A stretch of 63,987 nucleotides of DNA, the filler included, from an uncultured bacterium (GTDB lineage: Bacteria > B130-G9), in assembly GCA_965372715.1 (NCBI GenBank). It is 3 parts of 3 records of this genome, joined end to end, with 100 filler letters (N's around TTAATTAATTAA, not from the genome) between each part and the next. Parts side by side here need not be neighbours in the genome. Positions count along the whole stretch, not along the records: positions 30,638 to 61,019 come from CBDVDH010000048.1; positions 61,120 to 63,987 come from CBDVDH010000104.1; 1 more part is not named here. The stretch is one strand, 5' to 3'. Shown one piece after another: positions 57,642-63,987 of this stretch (the first letter of the stretch is position 1; each line of letters begins with the position of its first letter). The notes beneath the pieces are model-generated. The model did not search any database, was not told where the DNA came from, and was given only the letters and a program-made list of their open reading frames with translations. The position numbers and the translations under genes are program-made.

Positions 57642-57670
57642 AATATAATAAGCGACGCCCTCTTTGTCAA
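57642..57670 (-). promoter_or_regulatory. Sigma70 promoter of the 56750-57583 gene
   Basis: Minus strand TTGACA, 17 nt, TATATT. Confidence 0.6.
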
Positions 57671-58058
57671 TCCAGTTTAATTGACAGGAGCCTCCAGGGA
57701 CTCCTCAGTCCGCGTCCTGCCAGTTTAAGGTGTTCAACACGCGCTCATTCCGTCCCTCTCAAGCCCATCACCGGGACAAAGAGGCAAAAAAGTAAGGTGG
57801 CACAGGAGCTGGAAGGCCGTCCAGCACCAAGAGCTGATTGTACAACGACACGCGGTCGAACCACATAACCTACTCGACGGGGTGATCTCCCCCGCTGAAA
57901 AAGCAACCATTTCAGCCAATGACGTCATCCCATTGCGTCTGTGTCACATCGGTCTCCGACATCAAAAACGCCCCGTCAATCCTGCGTCGCCCCACCTAAA
58001 ACCTGTAATATGGACAAAGTGCTGTGATGATATAAGGAACTCAAGTCGAGGGTTAGGG

Positions 58059-58496
58059 ATGGCGGAGATACATGTAGGCACGTCCGGCTGGTCATACACT
58101 CATTGGAGGGGGATTTTTTATCCTGAGGGCTGCTCCGGGACAAAGATGCTGCCATTCTACGCCCAGTATTTCCGCACGGTCGAGCTGAACGCCTCGTTCT
58201 ACCGGCTGCCGAAGGCGGCGACATTCGAGGGCTGGAGAGAAAAGAGTCCCGAGGGGTTCATCTTCGCGGTCAAGGCGAGCAAGTTCATCACTCACACCAA
58301 GCGGCTGTTTGACGTGAAGGAGCCGTGGGATGCGTTTATCGCCAGCGCCTCGTTATTGAGGGATAAGCTCGGCCCAATTCTCATTCAGCTGCCGCCCTGC
58401 TCTGATATCTCCCCACGAATTGAGGGCAGCCACGGGGACCTGCCCCTACGGGCCTCGCGTCCGACTTGTAGCCACATTTCGGACATCTCGCCCTAA
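58059..58496 (+). pseudogene. Truncated DUF72 (YecE) family gene
   Basis: VGTSGWSY..W, TVELNASFY, FAVKASKFITH, LGPILIQLPP; homology stops at 58397 and the ORF then runs through a REP. Confidence 0.75.
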
Positions 58497-58551
58497 TTGA
58501 ATGCCGCCGGCGCCTTTTCAAACGGGTCAGTCCCTCGTAAACTCTTTCGCC

Positions 58552-59889
58552 ATGCGAAAGCTCGATCGAATAATCGTCATTATCGCCGTTGTCATTCACT
58601 TGTCGTTCCTCGTGTCGCTCGGGCTTCATTTCGAGGTGGTGTCCTGGTGGCCGCCGAAGGCGAAGCCGGAGGTTATGGTACGCACGCTTTACGACAACCT
58701 GGCGCCCGTCTTGCCTGCGGATGGCCAGCCGCTGGGCGAGCCGCAGTCGATCACCGAGATGAGGCGGGCAAGGGGCGTGCATCTTTGGGACAGGTTTTTC
58801 TACGATTCGACCAAGTATGAGGTGGGGTTCGATTTCTTTGGCCTATACAAGGGGGGGCTTGACCTTCTGCGCGGTGAATCGATCTATCAGGAAGCGCGAT
58901 ACGATCAGACGGCGACGGTCTTCACGGACGAGGCGGTGCCCTACTACTGTCCGTACATCTATCCGCCGATCGTGTCGTATTTCATCGTTCCGTTCGCGAT
59001 TGCGCTGTCGCCGTTCAAGGCGTTCGTCGTTTGGACCCTGATACAGGAGCTCCTGCTGCTCTGGTGCGTCAGAATATCCAGGAACCTCTTCAAATCGCCC
59101 TGGCACAAGAGCGTTGTAACGGCGATGTGGCTCTGCTTTGGGCCGTATTACCTGCTTCTTTACATCGGTCAGACCTCGTTCATTATCGCAACGTGCCTGC
59201 TAATTCTGGGCGCCTGCTACATCGCCGAGTGGAAGAAGGCCGGGGATTGGGCCTGGGTGGTGAGCGTTGCCTTGAAGCTGCTGACGCTTATCGCGGCGCC
59301 GATACTCCTGCGGTCCAAGCGCTATCGCGCCGTGATTCTGGCGGTCGGCATCGTTCTCTTGGCGTCGGCGCCGTATTTCGCCTTCCATCCAGCTGACGTG
59401 GGGTTCTTCGCATATCTCGTCAAGTCAAGGACAGTCGCTCCGTATGGGGGCGATCTCTCGCACTCGGAGGTCTCGTATTATCTCTTTGGCCGTGAAACGG
59501 GCGAGAAAGCCTCGAAGGTCTTCATGTGGGCCGTGATTCTCCTCTCGCTGGGCCTCACGTTTCTGCCCAAAAAGGTCCACTTTGTCGATGGCCTGTCGCT
59601 CTGGATGTGCACGTATTTCCTGGCCTACATCCGCGTCTGGGAGCATCATTACGTTATGATTCTGCCGATTTTGGTTCTTCTCTTCTTCTCCACTGAGAGC
59701 AAGTTCATCCTCGCGATGTTCGTGCTGCTTGCGCTGCCGACGCCGTTCTTCCTATACAGCACCGGCTGGTCGCTTGCCCAGAACCTCATCCACCACCTTT
59801 TCAAGCTCGTCCCCATCGCGATGCTCTACATATTCACGGCCAAAACGATTATCGCCCGCCGCCGCGGCGCCGTGCGAGAGGTCGTGTAG
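58552..59889 (+). CDS. Glycosyltransferase family 87 (DUF2029-like) membrane protein
   Basis: DFFGLY, YIYPP, IGQTS, ALKL, VWEHHY motifs with many TM helices. Confidence 0.8.
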   Translation: MRKLDRIIVIIAVVIHLSFLVSLGLHFEVVSWWPPKAKPEVMVRTLYDNLAPVLPADGQPLGEPQSITEMRRARGVHLWDRFFYDSTKYEVGFDFFGLYKGGLDLLRGESIYQEARYDQTATVFTDEAVPYYCPYIYPPIVSYFIVPFAIALSPFKAFVVWTLIQELLLLWCVRISRNLFKSPWHKSVVTAMWLCFGPYYLLLYIGQTSFIIATCLLILGACYIAEWKKAGDWAWVVSVALKLLTLIAAPILLRSKRYRAVILAVGIVLLASAPYFAFHPADVGFFAYLVKSRTVAPYGGDLSHSEVSYYLFGRETGEKASKVFMWAVILLSLGLTFLPKKVHFVDGLSLWMCTYFLAYIRVWEHHYVMILPILVLLFFSTESKFILAMFVLLALPTPFFLYSTGWSLAQNLIHHLFKLVPIAMLYIFTAKTIIARRRGAVREVV

Positions 59890-60037
59890 GGGCGGTGCTT
59901 GCCCCGCCCTCCCTTCAAACGAGATCAGCGCCCGATAGGCGCCACCTCATCGCCCGGCTTCAGCCGAGGTGATGCAGAAGGCTATCATTGTCCTAGCCCC
60001 CGAATTCATTCGGGGGGATTCGCGCGAGCGGACACCT

Positions 60038-60177
60038 CCCCTACATCCTCTTCAGATAGGGATTCCGGGGAGGGAGGGAGGAGGGAGGCGCCTGAGCCTC
60101 CTCAGGTCACCCGAATGAATTCGGGTGTTAATACAATGAGAGCCATGAACATCACCGCGTTGAAACGCGGTGATTCG
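60038..60177. repeat. About 140-bp double-hairpin element, inverted copy at 63852-63987
   Basis: Hairpins CACCCGAAT-GA-ATTCGGGTG and ATCACCGCGTT-GA-AACGCGGTGAT plus shared flanks. Confidence 0.8.
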
Positions 60178-60292
60178 CAGGACCGTAATGTCCGCCCTTC
60201 ATATAAGATGAGCACCCGACGAGACGAATCGGATACGTTCGATCCCGTCCCCTCTTGATCGGCTTCACGGACAACTGCCAACCGCCAACTGC

Positions 60293-60385
60293 TCACGGAA
60301 TCGGGTAGTGGTAGCCCATATCGATCGTGCCGGTGTCGCGCGTCCCGTAGGCCTGGGTTGTGCGGTCTGAAAGGCCAGCCGCGCT
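60293..60385 (-). pseudogene. Orphan 3' end of a beta-helix secreted-protein gene
   Basis: Encodes AAGLSDRTTQAYGTRDTGTIDMGYHYPIP*, homologous to GLWDRTTRTD...VDMGYHY in the 61529-63367 protein. Confidence 0.65.
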
Positions 60386-61019
60386 CCGCCGCTTGTGAGC
60401 GAAACGCAGCAATACGCAAAATGCAACCGAAATCAGACAGTATCCTGGCGAGACGGGAACGTCAACGATTGAAGCGACCGCGAAGAACCACATTGATATG
60501 AACTGCCCGGCGTCTTGAAGTCGATTGACTCTCTCGCAAGGCGGTTCTTGGGGGATACAACACCGATTCGTGTTGCAGCCGGTGGGTGATTTGGAGTGCG
60601 GTGGCCGTGCGTCCTGAAAGCTGTGGATTGTCCGAGTTGGTGAGAGGCCAACCCATTAACCCAAAGGCATGGGAGTGGCAACCGAGTCTTGGGAGCATAT
60701 CAGAAACGAAGTCAGCGAATCGAGCTGAGCGAGATGAGCAAATGATGTGTTCTAAGCGTAGATAGGGCAGACTTCGCCATAGTAGCCTGTGGCTACGTCG
60801 GCTGAAAAGGAGTTCGAGGTTTGAGGGTAATCCCCGAAACCACTGTCGTCGAAGGCGCCGATGCCACGGTCGCGGCCGCAGGCAATTCACCGCGCGGCGA
60901 ACAGAGATTGCCTATGCAGTTGGGGCCTTCCGGGGCCATTTGCTCACATCGAGTCTCCAGGGGCGACCACGGAACAGGAGAGACGAAAGAGGCAATTCGC
61001 CATGCGGCGAATCGCGGCG

Positions 61020-61119
61020 NNNNNNNNNNNNNNNNNNNNNNNNNNNNNNNNNNNNNNNNNNNNTTAATTAATTAANNNNNNNNNNNNNNNNNNNNNNNNN
61101 NNNNNNNNNNNNNNNNNNN
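61020..61119. other. Assembly gap / artificial contig linker
   Basis: 100-nt block of Ns with central TTAATTAATTAA. Confidence 0.97.
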
Positions 61120-61528
61120 CTACGGTTCGCCGCGCGGCGAATGGTCCCCCTTCGGGGAACCGAAACGCAGCATCCCGTCAACCCTAATTCCACTTGTTCC
61201 TTACCCAAAATCACCCGGCACAGGCAACAACCCAACACCTATCAGTCAAAGAATACGAAAACTCCTGTTTTGTGACAGGTTTCCACGAGCGGAAACGGTT
61301 GAAAGTCGAAAGTCAGAAGTCGAACGCCGTCTGGAACCCTGGACGAGAAGACGAAAGGGGTGATATCGATCGGTCGCTCAGGCTGATTCCAGTCGAATCT
61401 CACAGAACGGGACTGCCAAACGTGCGAAAAAGCAGATTCCTTCAGTGCTTGGCGCGGAATCTCTTTGCGAACTGTGCAGCATTTGTGTTATTCTGCCAGA
61501 GAATATGACGGACTTGGAGGACCTCGTG

Positions 61529-63367
61529 ATGAGAAAACATCTGGTCATACTAGCGTCTCTTCTACTGGTTTCGCTGCCTGTTGCCGTTCTTTCAGCGGAG
61601 TATCAGGTCAAGCAGGCTGGGACGGGGGATTTTGCGGGGATTCAGGACGCGATTGATGTCGCGCAGGACGGCGATACGATCATTGTCCAACCCGGAACGT
61701 ACTATGAGAACATCCACTTCCAGGGCAAGAATATCGTGCTGACCTCGACCGACATCTGGGACCGGGACCTTGTTGAGGCGACGGTGATTGATGGTCAGCA
61801 GCTCGGCTCCGTGGTGACATTCGCCGGCACCGAGGACGAGGCCTGCGAGCTCTCCGGCTTCACGATTACGCATGGCGCCGCGAAAGAGGGCGGAGGGATA
61901 TACGGAGGTTTAGGGAGATACGGAGGTGGCGTTGATGGTCCTCGGACACACGCCAATATCTCCCGTTGTGTGATCACTGCCAATACTGCAGACCGCATTG
62001 AAGGGCAAAAGGGCTATGGAGGTGGTCTCCGCGCGGTCTCCGGGACAGTATCTGAGTGTCTCATAAGTAATAACACTGCCCACGCGGGGGGAGGATTTCA
62101 TGCATGCTATGATGCCTATATCGACAGCTGCGTGATCACCGGCAATTCAGCAACAAACGGAGGTGGGTTGGGAGACTGCGGTGGTATCACCATGGTCGAT
62201 TGCGTTGTGAGTCGCAACTCCGGTGGCGGCGTTAGTTCTTGTGGAGGGACGATGAGAGGCTGCATCATTGAGGGTAACGTCGGAGGTCTTGGGGCAGGAT
62301 TAAGCTGCTGGAGCGGGACCATTGCTGACTGCATCATTCGCAATAACAGTTCATCCGGGGATGCCGGCGGCGTGAACTACTGCTTGGGCATCATTATGGA
62401 TACGGTGATCATGGGCAACCATGCAGAGGGCTACGGCGGCGCTTTTTACGGCGACGGTGCGCACACCCAATCGCTACTTAATAACTGCCTAATTGTGGGT
62501 AATTCAGCGAGAAATGGGGGTGCCTTTGCTGAATGGGTCGGTCATGTCGTCAACTGCACAATAGTGGGCAATCTAGCAGAGGAGAGGGCCGGAGGGCTCT
62601 ACCACTGCGAGGGGGCTATGATTACTGATTGCATTGTTTGGGCAAATCAATCTGCGGATAAGGAGCAGATTTACAACTACTTCTGGTATGTAGAACCCAC
62701 CTATTCATGCATTCAGGACTGGGACGAAGGCGGGGAGGGGAACATCTCGGACGATCCTCTCTTCGTCGCTGGGCCGCCCGGCGACTACTACCTCTCTTCA
62801 AAGTCTGCGGGCCAGGATGGCGACAGCCCGTGCATTGACGCTGGCAGCGACTCAGCCTGGCGCCTCGGCCTCTGGGATAGGACCACAAGGACAGACGCCG
62901 CCGCCGATGAAGCCGCTGTCGATATGGGTTACCACTACGCCGGCGTGCCTGAAACCTCCAAACCCAAGATAGAGTGTATTCTAGGGCAGCGCAATTACAT
63001 CGCCGGCCATTACATTAAGCCATGGGTTGAGATTCAAAATCCGGGAGGAGACCGAAGTGGGGACATCTACGTCGGTTTTGTTCGCCCGGACGGTTCCATA
63101 TCAACGGCAACGCCGGGAGGATTTGTTTTAGGACTTGCGCCTTACGTAAGCGGCCTATTCCTGCCCAGGGGCTTCAACTTTGGCCCCAATTGGAAGTGGG
63201 TTCAGCTCGCCGCCGGTGTGTTGACGGTCAGATTTCCCTCCAATGCCCCGACCGGCGACTGGCTCTTCGCCGCTGCGATTACACCCGCGGGCGAGCCGCT
63301 TACCCAATTCCTGGCGTTCCACGCAACTCCTTTCACCGTGTCGGAGCCCGAGCTGCGGAACTACTGA
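61529..63367 (+). CDS. Secreted right-handed parallel beta-helix protein (Pmp/NosD-like repeats) with C-terminal Ig-like domain
   Basis: GGAGG RBS then MRKHLVIL signal peptide; IQDAID, PGTYYENI, GGG-x/N repeats, GNISDDPLF, SPCIDAG, DMGYHY. Confidence 0.85.
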   Translation: MRKHLVILASLLLVSLPVAVLSAEYQVKQAGTGDFAGIQDAIDVAQDGDTIIVQPGTYYENIHFQGKNIVLTSTDIWDRDLVEATVIDGQQLGSVVTFAGTEDEACELSGFTITHGAAKEGGGIYGGLGRYGGGVDGPRTHANISRCVITANTADRIEGQKGYGGGLRAVSGTVSECLISNNTAHAGGGFHACYDAYIDSCVITGNSATNGGGLGDCGGITMVDCVVSRNSGGGVSSCGGTMRGCIIEGNVGGLGAGLSCWSGTIADCIIRNNSSSGDAGGVNYCLGIIMDTVIMGNHAEGYGGAFYGDGAHTQSLLNNCLIVGNSARNGGAFAEWVGHVVNCTIVGNLAEERAGGLYHCEGAMITDCIVWANQSADKEQIYNYFWYVEPTYSCIQDWDEGGEGNISDDPLFVAGPPGDYYLSSKSAGQDGDSPCIDAGSDSAWRLGLWDRTTRTDAAADEAAVDMGYHYAGVPETSKPKIECILGQRNYIAGHYIKPWVEIQNPGGDRSGDIYVGFVRPDGSISTATPGGFVLGLAPYVSGLFLPRGFNFGPNWKWVQLAAGVLTVRFPSNAPTGDWLFAAAITPAGEPLTQFLAFHATPFTVSEPELRNY

Positions 63368-63781
63368 TTCGGCTGTATCACTCCCATCCCGGCTTATCTG
63401 ATGCTGCCATCAGTAGCTCTCTGAGCCTTCTTTCAACGAAGATAATGCAATCTAGAGACTGATGACGCGGCCCTTCCTCCCGATGTTCCTTTGGATCGGC
63501 AGTGCTATTCTCAGTGCTGCGGTTCATAAAACCACGCGATGTAGCCGTCTTCAGGTCCCCTTTCATCGGTGTATAGACTCCTGCACGAGTTTCCCAACCA
63601 GGCGTCGCCTCCATACCAAGTCCGGGCGCAGTAGGTCGAGTCATTAGTGTCAAACTGGTCTATGAAGTCCCAGGCCCAGTAGAACGCGCTCTTGAATCGG
63701 TCCCACCCACCAGGGAAGTTGCCTCCTATACCGCCTTCGTAAACCCACTTTCCTTTACTCTGCAGATAGCCAGAGCGGACC

Positions 63782-63835
63782 GGCACGCGCGACACCGGAA
63801 CGGTCGATATGGGATACCACTATCGCATTCCGTGA
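63782..63835 (+). pseudogene. Second orphan 3' end of a beta-helix secreted-protein gene
   Basis: Encodes GTRDTGTVDMGYHYRIP*. Confidence 0.65.
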
Positions 63836-63851
63836 CCAGCCGAGCAGGCTC

Positions 63852-63987
63852 CGAATCACTGCGTTTCAACGCGGTGATGTTGATGGCTCTCATCATATTA
63901 ACACCCGAATTCATTCGGGTGACGAGAAGAGACGGAGGCGCGCACCTCCTCCCTCCCCGGAATCCTCATCTGAAGAGGATATAGAGG
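63852..63987. repeat. Double-hairpin element (copy 2, truncated by the window edge)
   Basis: Reverse complement aligns with 60038-60177. Confidence 0.8.

Noticed and set aside
60400-61019. Short ORFs before the second gap
   Set aside because: No motifs or RBS; the region is largely repeat-derived or degraded sequence.
60293-63835. Diversity-generating retroelement TR/VR pair from the DMGYHY repeats
   Set aside because: Differences are mostly synonymous and not adenine-specific, and no reverse transcriptase is present.
1-63987. CRISPR array, tRNA, rRNA, integrase or transposase
   Set aside because: I recognised no regularly spaced direct repeats with unique spacers, no cloverleaf or rRNA motifs, and no recombinase or transposase ORF.

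Overview
A GC-rich bacterial scaffold made of three contigs joined by two 100-nt N spacers (30538-30637 and 61020-61119, each with a TTAATTAATTAA linker), so adjacency across the spacers is unproven. The backbone holds housekeeping genes (dnaX, large Alu-type SRP RNA, hrcA, ispG, glcD, comF, lon, thyX, sppA). It also holds six radical SAM enzymes, several envelope glycosyltransferases and many secreted proteins. Four small defence-type inserts are scattered through it: (i) an ABC/AAA ATPase plus putative PD-(D/E)xK protein pair; (ii) a complete HTH-Dcm / REase / C-protein / Vsr system with visible C-boxes at both promoters; (iii) a helicase-less type ISP-like RM fusion with HicAB, between ffs and dnaX; (iv) a BstYI-like RM pair. 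Each of the three RM loci has a small toxin-antitoxin pair next to it. The strongest novelty candidates are these. First, a roughly 110-130-aa terminal domain shared by four otherwise unrelated secreted proteins, a candidate new sorting or anchoring domain. Second, orphan '...DMGYHYxIP*' gene tails attached to a conserved double-hairpin element, possibly scars of shuffling among secreted-protein genes. Third, the ATPase-nuclease pair. Intergenic DNA is dense with several REP/REPIN families and short tandem repeats, some of which supply stop codons or C-termini of genes. All assignments come from motif recognition by eye; no searches were run.
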